From IMG/VR virus record IMGVR_UViG_3300029267_003207: a stretch of DNA of 64,000 bases, one strand, 5' to 3'. The position numbers and the translations under genes were made by a program. This document shows positions 1 to 9,246 of the stretch, one piece after another. The notes under the pieces were generated by a model. That model did no database searches and was not told where the DNA came from. It was given only the letters and a program-made list of their open reading frames with translations. The stretch's first letter is position 1. Each line of letters begins with the position of its first letter. The stretch comes from a virus. Lineage: Duplodnaviria; Heunggongvirae; Uroviricota; Caudoviricetes.

Positions 1-507
1 CTTGAAACACGTGACGCCATTGTCGGAAGTTGAAAGTCGTGAAGATTCTAGTTGCTGTGCAATTAGGTAACACTTGACGAGCATCTTCAGGCTTCCAGCC
101 AGCATCAAGAAGTTCATTATAGCTATTGTTTGCATTTATAAGAGCCTTAATAAACTTATTTGAACTTGTTTCATTGTACTCACCCGGGTTAATACCGGGC
201 GGCGCAATAAACTGGATACTCTTTTTACCGTAGTTCACATATCGCTGAGACTCTTGGCTGTAGGCTCCTAGTCGGTGCCGAACCAACTGATGGCTACAAG
301 ACCGGTCACAAGTAATCAAAACACTAGCCACACAATGCTCAAGGACACTTTCGTGTCCTTTAGAGATTAGCGTCTTGAGAAATTTTTCTGTGCTACCTAT
401 TGGTTCACTGCGATAACAAGTTCTAGCGGCCCTCTCAATTATACTTTCACACTGGGTGGGCCACTGAACTATCTCTATAAAGGGGTCTATTAGGTGTACG
501 TCCATAT
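1..507 (-). CDS. thyX: Flavin-dependent thymidylate synthase ThyX (N-terminal part; gene runs off the window start)
   Basis: Hand translation of the minus strand from ATG at 507 gives MDVHLIDPF...SHQLVRHRLGAYSQESQRYVNY, which matches the ThyX signature RHRxxxxxS...RY. The ORF is open to position 1. Confidence 0.7.
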
Positions 508-536
508 TTTGCTCCAAGATCAATTGCTTTTTACTT

Positions 537-725
537 CTACCATTTCCGCTGACCCCTCATGAATCTCGGATGTGCTGGAGAATAGAATCGCATTTGAACA
601 ACTGGCACTGAGATAATCTTCTTAGCTCTTCCACCACACTTTTCACACTTAACTGTTTTCTTGGGCTCTTTTGTGATCTCTGTTGTTAAGTGGCCGCACT
701 TACATTCATATTCAAAAACTGGCAT
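537..725 (-). CDS. FmdB-family zinc-ribbon protein
   Basis: The internal Met of the 78-aa ORF gives MPVFEYECKCGHLTTEI...CEKCGG, the classic FmdB two-CxxC motif. Its ATG overlaps the upstream stop as TAATG. Confidence 0.55.
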   Translation of the reverse strand: MPVFEYECKCGHLTTEITKEPKKTVKCEKCGGRAKKIISVPVVQMRFYSPAHPRFMRGQRKW

Positions 726-1114
726 TATTTTTCCTCTGTTTCGTATACACGCAAATCTAAAGACGGTACGCACCCGAGTTTAATAGGTTTAAGCCCCAAC
801 GGAATCGGGATTTTATACATAGGGACATCGTTTTCTTCCAGATAGGAAACAAGCTTCTCAACAACATCCATCAAAAATTCTGAAGTGAAATTTGTCTCAC
901 GCATTTTCTCCCAGACATGTTCTACCACATGGTAAGAACTCAATTTAACCATGCTTAGATCAAGTGAAGCAGAATATTTATCTCCTTCATAAGTTACCTG
1001 AAATGTCATAGCTGGTTTTTCTTCAATCTCAATGATTTTTACAATATTTTTGAATGATTTAACGAGTATCTCAGGTGTTAAATCAGCTTGAGCTATTGCT
1101 TCTCTTAGTGTCAT
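725..1114 (-). CDS. hypothetical protein
   Basis: 129-aa ORF packed tightly in the operon; no motif recognised. Confidence 0.45.
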   Translation of the reverse strand: MTLREAIAQADLTPEILVKSFKNIVKIIEIEEKPAMTFQVTYEGDKYSASLDLSMVKLSSYHVVEHVWEKMRETNFTSEFLMDVVEKLVSYLEENDVPMYKIPIPLGLKPIKLGCVPSLDLRVYETEEK

Positions 1115-2459
1115 TGTTCAATTCCTCTTTGAATTTTTTTAATTCATCTATTAAGAAATAAGGATGTCTTCCTTTTTCTTTGTATCTCTTCAGTTTTCCT
1201 TCTTTCAGTAGGTCTTTCACCATCTTATAAGATATTTGTAAAAATTCACATGCTTGTTTGGTGTTGAGCCTGTTTTCCATCTCATACTTAAATTGGACTA
1301 AGTCATCTTCCTTAAAATACAAACGTTCTTGTTTCCTTTTATAGAACTTGACTCTTTTTCTATGTATAAGCTCTTTGAAGTAATCCCATTCAAGGCCAAC
1401 AAACTCACATGCTTCCTTACTAGTTAATTCGCTAGCTCGCTTTTCTCTGTAGGCATCTAAATCTTTTTTCAAAAAATAAAGGCCTACTCCAGGATGGTAT
1501 TTCTTTTCAAGTTGTCCCTTTTTTACTGCGTAATTTATAGCGTACTCTGTTTTATTAAGGTACTCTCGCGCTTCAGAAAAGTCTAATATTTCTTTCAAGC
1601 CAGTTTTAATTTTTTCAAGATCGTCAATATGGTACCATTTAATATTAGTCTTTCCGATCTTTTTGGGCTCGATGTTGAAAAAATCTATGTAAGCCCTAAA
1701 ACGAGTGTCTGTTACTTTTAAAAATCTGCAAGCTTGCATGGGTTTAAAAAAGTCGCCACTGCTTATTTTTTCTAGTTCCTCGATTGAATATGTTTCTTTA
1801 AAATCATTCTTGGTTCTAGAGTCTAAGTCTTTAATCTTTTCCCAAATCTGGGGTCTTTCATTGTAGATAAAGCGTATATCTTTCAGGCTCATAAAAGGGC
1901 AACACCAGCAGGATACTCTTGTTAAGCCTTTATAAAGGCCGCCCCAGTCGTACCCTCTAGCATAACAGTATTCAAGAGCTTCTTTTTCTGTTACTCCCCA
2001 CTCCACAAGAGGGAATCTTCGCTCACCTTTGCTGCTCTGGTTATGCTCTGTTCTATGGGCTTCATCAGCAGCTATACCTAAATAAACTACTAACGGTCTA
2101 TTTTTAGCATCAAAGTAGCCCTCAGTTACAGATATTTTTAAATGACCGGTACACCACCTGGAACGAAGTGTTGGGTGCCCGTAGCCAAGAGTGCCATCTG
2201 CACATTTTACTTTGGTGCAGTAGTAATCATAGTCATGCTCATCACGAAGAGTTTTTATCTCCCGGCCGATATCTTTTGATACCTGTTTTATATGTTCAAT
2301 AGCTTCAGGGTGTTCCATGCCGGTATCACAAAAAACAATTTCGTCGATGTGCATACCTTTTTCGATCATCATTAGTAGCATAGCGGTCGAATCTTTTCCA
2401 CCGCTAAAACTCACAACATGTAGTGGGTCACCTTTTAATACTTTTCTTTTACGTCCCAT
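1083..2459 (-). CDS. PAPS-reductase-like PP-loop ATP pyrophosphatase with three C-terminal HTH-like repeats
   Basis: N-terminus has VVSFSGGKDSTAMLL (the SGGxDS PP-loop). C-terminus carries three ~45-aa repeats (..KEACEFVGLEWDYF.., ..KQACEFLQISYKMVKDLL..) that look like MerR/excisionase-type DNA-binding HTH. Confidence 0.7.
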   Translation of the reverse strand: MGRKRKVLKGDPLHVVSFSGGKDSTAMLLMMIEKGMHIDEIVFCDTGMEHPEAIEHIKQVSKDIGREIKTLRDEHDYDYYCTKVKCADGTLGYGHPTLRSRWCTGHLKISVTEGYFDAKNRPLVVYLGIAADEAHRTEHNQSSKGERRFPLVEWGVTEKEALEYCYARGYDWGGLYKGLTRVSCWCCPFMSLKDIRFIYNERPQIWEKIKDLDSRTKNDFKETYSIEELEKISSGDFFKPMQACRFLKVTDTRFRAYIDFFNIEPKKIGKTNIKWYHIDDLEKIKTGLKEILDFSEAREYLNKTEYAINYAVKKGQLEKKYHPGVGLYFLKKDLDAYREKRASELTSKEACEFVGLEWDYFKELIHRKRVKFYKRKQERLYFKEDDLVQFKYEMENRLNTKQACEFLQISYKMVKDLLKEGKLKRYKEKGRHPYFLIDELKKFKEELNNDTKRSNSSS

Positions 2460-3415
2460 TAGAATTTCAACGCTTTAAATAACTCATTATTGTCCATTAA
2501 AGTGGCAGCTTTGTTCAAATTTTCAAGCTCTTGATCATTTTCTTCTTTCGACATGTCCATGAATATATGGCCGTTTTGGATGTTATTCCAAGCAGTCTGT
2601 AGTCGATGGAGAAGTGTGTTCTGATACAACTTCGAAAGCTGGCCTCTATGTTGGGCGACTCTGACAAGAGGACGCGGAGAACTTGGCTTACAAGCAAGCT
2701 GATCAACTGCGACAATGACATCTGTTCCAACTGGTTCCTTTAGTACCCACGCGTATATACATAACTGGTCGGCCCACTGCTTTCCGCCTTCTTCAAACGG
2801 CGTGGCACCAATCTCGTAATCACCGATCAATTTTGGGCTGTAATTCTTGTGGGCTTTTCCATTGTTTCGAGAAGGCTTGGCCGTTTCCTCGTTCCATGTA
2901 TCCCATACCTTCTTGTAGTTTTTGGCGGGGCTTGTTGTGTACTTAGAAAAGTAGCCATTCACCTTCCAGTCTAACAAAACTCGCTTTCCATCATGCCTTG
3001 TGTATAAGCAGTCTGGTTTTCCTAAGAGATTGACTCCTTCAACTTCCCGTTTAACCAAAAACTCAAAACGCGCTGACTCTCCTTTAAGAATATCCTCTAA
3101 AAGTTCATCATACGCGCCTACTTTTTTGTAGCCATCAAATAAGTACTGTCCGATCTCTTTTACTTCATCCCTGTTATGCTTTTCAACTTGGGACTCAAAC
3201 AAAGTGTCAAACTCGAACTGGTCATCAACTTTCCCAAAAATAGCTTTATATAACTCATGTTTAACAAAGGCATCAAAGGAAGAACCAACCGCCATTGCTG
3301 GTGTTTGTGGTTCCCTAGGAAGACGAGTATCTGCCAAGTAATTATAGAAGAAGGCATGAGGGTCAGTCTCATACGTATTCAAACTAGTAGGAGACAGGTA
3401 TTTAATTGTTCTCAT
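2459..3415 (-). CDS. PD-(D/E)XK family nuclease (Cas4/RecB-like fold without a Cys cluster)
   Basis: N-terminal SPTSLNTYETDP motif and a core GKPDCLYTRHDGKRVLLDWKV (D...D/ExK). Confidence 0.55.
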   Translation of the reverse strand: MRTIKYLSPTSLNTYETDPHAFFYNYLADTRLPREPQTPAMAVGSSFDAFVKHELYKAIFGKVDDQFEFDTLFESQVEKHNRDEVKEIGQYLFDGYKKVGAYDELLEDILKGESARFEFLVKREVEGVNLLGKPDCLYTRHDGKRVLLDWKVNGYFSKYTTSPAKNYKKVWDTWNEETAKPSRNNGKAHKNYSPKLIGDYEIGATPFEEGGKQWADQLCIYAWVLKEPVGTDVIVAVDQLACKPSSPRPLVRVAQHRGQLSKLYQNTLLHRLQTAWNNIQNGHIFMDMSKEENDQELENLNKAATLMDNNELFKALKF

Positions 3416-3617
3416 GCTTTACCATCATCTTCCTAACTGTATTGGTTTCTGGGTTACGAAGAAACACTTCAGTGAAACCAGCGTCTTGTTGCTTAGTAAA
3501 ATAATATAGCAGTTGAAAAGCCCTTTGGGCAACACTTCCAAGAGATTCATTTGGTTCTTTAATCTCTTGTATGGCTTTCATTGCGTCTTTTTTTAATAGT
3601 ACAGGGTATTCGTCCAA
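3402..3617 (-). CDS. hypothetical small protein (start uncertain)
   Basis: 71-aa ORF. The predicted TTG start lies inside the TnpB right-end sequence, so a downstream ATG (MKAIQEIKE) is more plausible. Confidence 0.3.
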   Translation of the reverse strand: MDEYPVLLKKDAMKAIQEIKEPNESLGSVAQRAFQLLYYFTKQQDAGFTEVFLRNPETNTVRKMMVKHENN

Positions 3618-3760
3618 GTCTCTAACTCCTTATGTTAGTTCTCGTTTCACTGTCGGCCACTGGCAAGTTGCCTGTAACTTTACCAACTCCACGAGCGTTA
3701 ATTTCCGCCAACTCAGCGGTATGTTTTAGATTGATAGCTGCGTTAAGGTCACGATCAATT
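3560..3760 (-). ncRNA. candidate omega-RNA (reRNA) region: tnpB 3' end plus right-end flank
   Basis: Inferred from known TnpB biology, where the guide RNA derives from the tnpB 3' end and right end. The last ~110 nt of tnpB plus ~10 nt downstream are conserved in a second copy at 26262..26375. The exact RNA ends are not determinable from sequence. Confidence 0.3.
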
Positions 3761-4767
3761 TGCAACCCACAACTACATTTATAAACTCTATCTGATAGCT
3801 TCATATTTTTCAAGCTACCACAATTTGAACATAACTTAGTTGAAGGAAAATAGCGATCTACTATCTGAACTTCAACGCCCGCCCAAGCTGATTTATATTC
3901 TACTTGCCTGCGAAATTCTCGCATGTTTGCATCAAGAATGTGGCTTGAAAACTTTTTCATCGAGCTAACTGCTAAGTCTTCTAAAACTACTACTGAAGGT
4001 TGCTTGGTTCTCACAATCTCACTAGTAGCTTTATGGGTTGCATCACTTCGAATGTTGCTAATTTTCAACCACAAACGAGCAAGTTTCACCTTGAGCTTGT
4101 TATATCTGTTGCTTCCTTTTACTCTTCGACTTAGCTTTCTCTGAATATGCTTTAGTTTCTTTTGAAATCGAAATAAGGCTTTTGGATTAGCAAAGACTGT
4201 TCCGTCAGAACAGGCTGCTAAATTTCTAACTCCTAAGTCTATTCCTATAACTCCATTTTTCTCTTCATTAAGCTGAGTTTCTTCTTCAACTTGAAGAGAA
4301 ACAAACCACTTTCCAGCACGCTCACTGATGGTTGCGCTTGTTGAAGTGGTATGTCTACCTAATGGTAAGTAGTTCCTTTCTTTGAGCCTAACCCAACCAA
4401 TTTTAGGGAGCTTTATTTTTCCGGCTTCAACAGTAAAGTAGCCCTGAAGAGTAAATGAAATCTTTCCATGTTTCGACTTGAACTTAGGGTGCTTACTCAT
4501 CTTCTTGAAAAATCTTGAATAAGCCTGTGAAAGATGGCGCAAGCTATAAACTAAAGCCGTGTTACTGACTCCATATAAGAAGTCATTTTCTTGCTTATGT
4601 TCAGTAAGTCTCTTATTCAACCAGAAAGCATTTGGTTTGAACTCTCTTTTTGAAATCTTCTCCAGAGCCCAATTCCATATAAAACGAGTGCAGCCAGCAT
4701 GTTGCTTGAAAGAAGCAATTTGCTTTCTATTCGGCTTTAGCTGTGTTTTATATGACTTATGAGACAT
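3622..4767 (-). CDS. tnpB: TnpB (IS200/IS605 OrfB-family RuvC-like RNA-guided endonuclease)
   Basis: RuvC-I GIDLGVRNLAACSDG, RuvC-II VVVLEDL, zinc ribbon CSNCGS..KCSCG, RuvC-III DRDLNAAINL. 381 aa. No Y1 transposase nearby. Confidence 0.85.
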   Translation of the reverse strand: MSHKSYKTQLKPNRKQIASFKQHAGCTRFIWNWALEKISKREFKPNAFWLNKRLTEHKQENDFLYGVSNTALVYSLRHLSQAYSRFFKKMSKHPKFKSKHGKISFTLQGYFTVEAGKIKLPKIGWVRLKERNYLPLGRHTTSTSATISERAGKWFVSLQVEEETQLNEEKNGVIGIDLGVRNLAACSDGTVFANPKALFRFQKKLKHIQRKLSRRVKGSNRYNKLKVKLARLWLKISNIRSDATHKATSEIVRTKQPSVVVLEDLAVSSMKKFSSHILDANMREFRRQVEYKSAWAGVEVQIVDRYFPSTKLCSNCGSLKNMKLSDRVYKCSCGLQIDRDLNAAINLKHTAELAEINARGVGKVTGNLPVADSETRTNIRS

Positions 4768-4782
4768 ACCTTCAAATTTCTA

Positions 4783-5028
4783 CTAGTCCACCTTTAATTC
4801 TAGTTTTGCTTTCTCTATTTTAGTTCTTAGTTTCTGACATTTGTTACTGAGCCGATTAACATGCTCTTTTAGTTCATATATACATTGAAGTTCATAGTTT
4901 TCATGCTCTTGCCAATCATCGGCATAGCAATCCCATGAGCAGTATCCTTCACTCAACGGGTGGAGATCATAGTCATACCCACAATTAGAACAATAATGAA
5001 AATCAGTTCCACATTTTCTACATGCCAT
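4783..5028 (-). CDS. zinc-ribbon protein
   Basis: CRKCGT..CSNCG plus CSWDC, then a coiled-coil C-terminus. Ends 15 nt upstream of the tnpB start. Confidence 0.4.
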   Translation of the reverse strand: MACRKCGTDFHYCSNCGYDYDLHPLSEGYCSWDCYADDWQEHENYELQCIYELKEHVNRLSNKCQKLRTKIEKAKLELKVD

Positions 5029-5218
5029 TTTGACGGGTCTCCAATAGGGTGTATTCTAGCTCGATTTCCAAAGAACGAATTCTTTCGTTAGCAAGCTGAA
5101 TAGCAAGTTCAAGTTCTTCAACCCGCCTATGTAGGTCGTTATCCTTTATAACGCACGCTTTTGCGGACATAAAAACATCAACAAGTGCGGCATTTAGTTT
5201 TCTCATTTCTGGCACCAA
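5018..5218 (-). CDS. hypothetical coiled-coil protein
   Basis: 66-aa ORF in the operon context. Confidence 0.3.
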   Translation of the reverse strand: MVPEMRKLNAALVDVFMSAKACVIKDNDLHRRVEELELAIQLANERIRSLEIELEYTLLETRQNGM

Positions 5219-5301
5219 ATAGAGGATATGGGATAGTAGGGTGGGTCAATACTAGGCGGTTATGGAAAAGTCGTGTAAGTTTGTAGTTCAAGCTACAGGC
5301 C

Positions 5302-5490
5302 CTAAACTATGGCGGCTTTTCTAACAGTGCGGTAACCACCTATTTCTCTTGATTCTAAAACAATTACGTTCTCTTGTGCAAAGATGTTATAAACATCCAC
5401 ATGACCACCACCGTAGTACTTCATTACTGGAAGGTTGCCGTGTTCTTCAATTAGTTTGTCTACTTTGTCTCTTAGGTCTTTAAGATACAT
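5302..5490 (-). CDS. hypothetical protein
   Basis: 62-aa ORF immediately upstream of the tRNA. Confidence 0.3.
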   Translation of the reverse strand: MYLKDLRDKVDKLIEEHGNLPVMKYYGGGHVDVYNIFAQENVIVLESREIGGYRTVRKAAIV

Positions 5491-5505
5491 AATTATTCTC
5501 CAAAG

Positions 5506-5577
5506 AGCCGCTGCTCGGATTTGAACCGAGATATACTGCTTTACAAGAGCAGTGTCTTACCGTTAGACAACAGCGGC
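5506..5577 (-). tRNA. tRNA-Thr (anticodon UGU)
   Basis: The reverse complement folds by hand into a cloverleaf: acceptor GCCGCTG/CAGCGGC, anticodon stem CTGCT/AGCAG with loop CTTGTAA, T-arm CTCGG-TTCAAAT-CCGAG. Confidence 0.7.
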
Positions 5578-5865
5578 CTACGGCAACATTTTTTCAAACT
5601 TATATCCACACTTTGAGCATTTACACCAATAATCTAACATAAAGACGCCGTCGCCAAGCACACCTAACTCATAATACTCTTCCAACGTGTATCCTAGCTG
5701 TTCACTCTTTAGTTCGTCTATTCTTGCCAAAGCCATGTAATAATTAGTTCCTTCTAACTTGGCTGCTTCCTCTAGTGCTTTCTTGATTTCTTCTGTCTCT
5801 TCATAAGGACAGTACGGGCAAACCCTATAATTTTCAGCGCTCAAATCTTTCCTCCATTTTAACAA
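5578..5865 (-). CDS. zinc-finger protein
   Basis: CPYCPYEE...CKCSKCG Cys pairs. Confidence 0.4.
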   Translation of the reverse strand: MLKWRKDLSAENYRVCPYCPYEETEEIKKALEEAAKLEGTNYYMALARIDELKSEQLGYTLEEYYELGVLGDGVFMLDYWCKCSKCGYKFEKMLP

Positions 5866-6505
5866 CTAATGGATGACGTACAATATCCCCGTAATTTAAT
5901 CTCTGTACTGCCAAATCTTCAACATCTTCCATACGAGTCATAACATCTTTGAGGCCGCTATTCATTATGTCGGCTTGCTTAATATCTCCCACAATAACCA
6001 TCTTGGAACCCTCTCCAAGACGAGATAGAACCATTCGCAATTCTTCTAAAGTGGCATTCTGGCATTCGTCAGCCACTAGAAAAGTATTTTTCAAAGTCCT
6101 TCCACGAAAGAAACCAATTGGGCAAATCTCAACCGTTCCATCATTCATGAATTGGTTAATGAACTTCTTGTCAATGAAGTAAGAAAGTTCATCAAACAGA
6201 GGTACAAGATAAGGGCCAAGCTTTTCAACTAGTCCACCTGGAAGATATCCAAGAGACGAGCTTGCTTCGACCGCCGGTCTAGTAAGCATAATCTTGCTAA
6301 ACTCACCATTCTTCAATCCTCGAACGGCCATAGCTACAGCTATATGCGTCTTTCCACTGCCAGCAGGACCACTGCAAAGAGTAACAGTGTTGCTCTTTAT
6401 CTTGTTTATAAAGCTTCTCTGACCCTCTGTTCGGGCTTTCAAACTAATGTCCTTGAAACCAGTTGGCTTCTCATACTCTCTCTTACGTCTCTTCCTTCGA
6501 CTCAT
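5834..6505 (-). CDS. phoH: PhoH-like ATPase
   Basis: Walker A GPAGSGKTHIAVA plus the PhoH-typical LTRPAVEA..LGYLPGG..EKLGPYL..P..DE. Confidence 0.85.
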   Translation of the reverse strand: MSRRKRRKREYEKPTGFKDISLKARTEGQRSFINKIKSNTVTLCSGPAGSGKTHIAVAMAVRGLKNGEFSKIMLTRPAVEASSSLGYLPGGLVEKLGPYLVPLFDELSYFIDKKFINQFMNDGTVEICPIGFFRGRTLKNTFLVADECQNATLEELRMVLSRLGEGSKMVIVGDIKQADIMNSGLKDVMTRMEDVEDLAVQRLNYGDIVRHPLVVKMEERFER

Positions 6506-7566
6506 GCCTTCCTCAAAAAACGTGCTTCTTTTGGGGTCCCGCCGTCACTCAGTTCACGGTAACGAAACGTCACCAGTTCGCCTTTTTTAAGATAATGGCC
6601 TTCAAAATTCCCCGGCATACGTTCTCCTGGGTGCCGCTTTGCATGGTTATACATTTCCTTTGTCTCAAATACACGATCTATATCCGCCATACCGGACAAT
6701 TTAAATTCAGTTCCCCTATAATTTACAACTAAAGAACCAATTCTTCCAAGGTGTTTGGAGCCTTTATCTGTTTCCTTCCCTGAAACATATCCAACAATTT
6801 CAGCTTCGGCGTCATAAAATGGTTTATGTTTCAGAATAGAGGCGTGCCGTTTTGGAATCCAAAGAGCTTGTGGGTCACGAAGTACAAGTCCCTCACCTCC
6901 TTTAGATAAAACATTTTCTATTTCTTTATTTAGGGCTGGCTCATAATCCTCTTTTGGTAAAGTCTTATGTAGGAGCAGAAAAATATCTTCATTATTTAAC
7001 CACTCATTTAATTTTTCAAGGCGGTCTTGGAATATTGTATTAGGTTTCAAAGAAACAAAGTCTGAGCATTTGTGCCTCTTTGCATAAATTCGACTATTTT
7101 GCTTAATTGTAACACTGGTGTGTGCGTTTTTAATTACGCCATTTCCTAGAAAGCTTTCTATGGGCGGGGAGTCAAAAATTGCATATTCAATGTCTTTCCA
7201 ACCTTCTTCAGGTTGTAGCTTGCTACAGATTGATCTACAAAGCTGGAAATTACCGTATCCAGCCCATAATTCACCATCAAGAGGAACACAAGGGAGCTTA
7301 TTTAGAAACCAATCTGGTGCAAAAATAGGGTTGCCGTACCTGGACCACAGACCCGTTGCTTTTAATTCAATATGGGGCTTTAGGTTGCCCGTTCTAGGGT
7401 TGACATGACTGGCATATGGTACGTTACTGATCTTCTTTCCGCGAGAAATTCCGCCATCCCAAATTGCGCGAAACCCGTCAAGTTTTTCAGAAACTAGCCA
7501 ACCGCCAACATCTTGCTCTCTGTAAGTTTTGGCAAGAGTTACATACTCTCTACGACATTCAGGCAT
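6502..7566 (-). CDS. ATP-dependent DNA ligase (minimal T7/Chlorella-virus type)
   Basis: Motif I EKLDGFRA (KxDGxR), motif III PLDGELW, motif IV EGLVLRD, motif V ILKHK, and an OB-like C-terminus. Confidence 0.75.
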   Translation of the reverse strand: MPECRREYVTLAKTYREQDVGGWLVSEKLDGFRAIWDGGISRGKKISNVPYASHVNPRTGNLKPHIELKATGLWSRYGNPIFAPDWFLNKLPCVPLDGELWAGYGNFQLCRSICSKLQPEEGWKDIEYAIFDSPPIESFLGNGVIKNAHTSVTIKQNSRIYAKRHKCSDFVSLKPNTIFQDRLEKLNEWLNNEDIFLLLHKTLPKEDYEPALNKEIENVLSKGGEGLVLRDPQALWIPKRHASILKHKPFYDAEAEIVGYVSGKETDKGSKHLGRIGSLVVNYRGTEFKLSGMADIDRVFETKEMYNHAKRHPGERMPGNFEGHYLKKGELVTFRYRELSDGGTPKEARFLRKA

Positions 7567-8099
7567 CCTAACACCTCTTTCACCAATTCAAATCCTGTTT
7601 TATCCCGATAAGCATAATCAACGTCGCCCCAAGGAGTAGGTATAAAGATTGTTTTTCCTTTGGCGGCGAATCTGCTACAATTTTCCATGTTGTCGTCGAT
7701 TAAAATTGATCCTTCAGCAAAGTCTTCTTTTTTATCTACGAACAATAGTTTACCAAGATATCTAGGAAAATAATTGGCGATCCACGCAATTTTACCTTGC
7801 ATGCAGCTTTCTGCCGGAACATCTCCATCTCCAAGCCATGGGCGAGACATGATATACACTTCTTTGTCAATCTGCTCCACAGCATTCACTAGATAATGCG
7901 CCCAGGGTAAAATAGGCATCTTTGCCCAAAAGGAGTAACAAGAGAAATAGTCAAATAGCTTGTTATCATCAATCTCTTGGCAAGCTTCCTGAATTCGGTA
8001 TTTCCCGTAATTGGACTTATTGTATATTTTTACACCGTGCCAATTTTCAACCTGCCCGACTAAGTCACATAGAACACCGTCCATGTCAATATAAATCAC
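7539..8099 (-). CDS. HAD-superfamily 5'(3')-deoxyribonucleotidase-like
   Basis: N-terminal MIYIDMDGVLCD is HAD motif I (DxDGV) at the very start, as in NT5C-type nucleotidases. Confidence 0.6.
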   Translation of the reverse strand: MIYIDMDGVLCDLVGQVENWHGVKIYNKSNYGKYRIQEACQEIDDNKLFDYFSCYSFWAKMPILPWAHYLVNAVEQIDKEVYIMSRPWLGDGDVPAESCMQGKIAWIANYFPRYLGKLLFVDKKEDFAEGSILIDDNMENCSRFAAKGKTIFIPTPWGDVDYAYRDKTGFELVKEVLGCLNVVESM

Positions 8100-8575
8100 T
8101 GTGTTCTTCCTCCGTCTGCCATGATGTTCATGTAACGTTTTCTGGCTTCTTCTTTATCTTCTTCTGGGAGTTTTTCGATAATTACGTGGACAAGAAAACT
8201 AATGTAGTTCAACTTACGAATAAGAATCTCATTTGACCGTGACAAGTCTTGTGTTGCCTGACAGTATTCGACAATTGTGTTTTCTTTATTATTCAACCGT
8301 CTATATAAATCATCCGTGACTTTTTTTAACGCTTTCAGTTCTCTTTCGGTGGCATTTTTATTTCTAATAGCTTCTTCAGTTACATTTAGAAGCCTCTCAG
8401 CATGCTTCTCGGCCTCAATAAAAGTTTCGACCTTTGTTATTCCTTCATAAGACTCAAGATACCGTGTTGTGTGGTCAATCGCAATCTGGCTTAAAATAGA
8501 GATAGCTACAATTGTAACCGTAACCAAACTAATGAGAGTGCAAACTAACAACCCTGTTTTCAAGCATTTAATCAT
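8096..8575 (-). CDS. membrane-anchored coiled-coil protein
   Basis: N-terminal TM helix (LLVCTLISLVTVTIVAISIL) followed by a charged coiled coil. Confidence 0.4.
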   Translation of the reverse strand: MIKCLKTGLLVCTLISLVTVTIVAISILSQIAIDHTTRYLESYEGITKVETFIEAEKHAERLLNVTEEAIRNKNATERELKALKKVTDDLYRRLNNKENTIVEYCQATQDLSRSNEILIRKLNYISFLVHVIIEKLPEEDKEEARKRYMNIMADGGRTQ

Positions 8576-9215
8576 CTGCTAGGCTCCTTAAAAATTTTTC
8601 GAAACGCTCCTGTAATCTTTTCTTACCTTTTTCCGTTTTCATCCCACCGTTTAGTAGAGACTCAAAATACTCTTTCTCGTCAGGCGTTAGAATAATTTTT
8701 TCTAAGATTTCAAAAGCTTCAAGTAGTTCTATGTCAAAGTTGAAAGTAGCAACATTAGACGTGTTATTGCTAGTTTGAACTAAATATATGGGCTTTCCGT
8801 TCTTTTTACGTTCTTCATAATTTTTCTTTAGCCTTGGAGCAGCTAGAGATTTCAAATCATTTATATGGAGTTCGATGGATTTGCGAATAGTTCCAAGTAT
8901 GTAACTAGATAGGCGATCAAGATGCTTCTCTTCAAGTCTATTAACGACTTGGCAAATACTTAAAGCTCCTTCGCCAACAATATCATCTACAAAAGATTTG
9001 GTAATTGGCCAGTTACGCAAAAACCTACCAACAGTATACCGTAAAAGAGGTAAACACTTTAGAACTACTTCCTGTTTATTGGCCTCTCCACCTTCTTCCA
9101 GGAATCTTTTTACTAGAATCTCTAGCGAGTCCTTGGGGACGCGCGCCTTAAAAAGAGGGTGGAAAACTGGAACAAGTCCTTTTTGAGATTTTCTAAGGTG
9201 TACTATATGCTTCAT
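8568..9215 (-). CDS. putative phage sigma factor
   Basis: Region-2-like LKCLPLLRYTVGRFL and a region-4-like C-terminal LTPDEKEYFESLLNG. Weak, by resemblance only. Confidence 0.4.
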   Translation of the reverse strand: MKHIVHLRKSQKGLVPVFHPLFKARVPKDSLEILVKRFLEEGGEANKQEVVLKCLPLLRYTVGRFLRNWPITKSFVDDIVGEGALSICQVVNRLEEKHLDRLSSYILGTIRKSIELHINDLKSLAAPRLKKNYEERKKNGKPIYLVQTSNNTSNVATFNFDIELLEAFEILEKIILTPDEKEYFESLLNGGMKTEKGKKRLQERFEKFLRSLADD

Positions 9216-9246
9216 TTTCTAACTCCTGAGTATATTATACCCAGAA

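Noticed and set aside
3612-3617. TTG start codons of ORFs 3402..3617 and 25939..26268 falling at the identical position inside the shared TnpB right-end sequence
   Set aside because: This is most likely an artefact of the shared repeat creating the same TTG in both places. Internal ATG starts are more credible, so the coincidence is not treated as a functional fusion.
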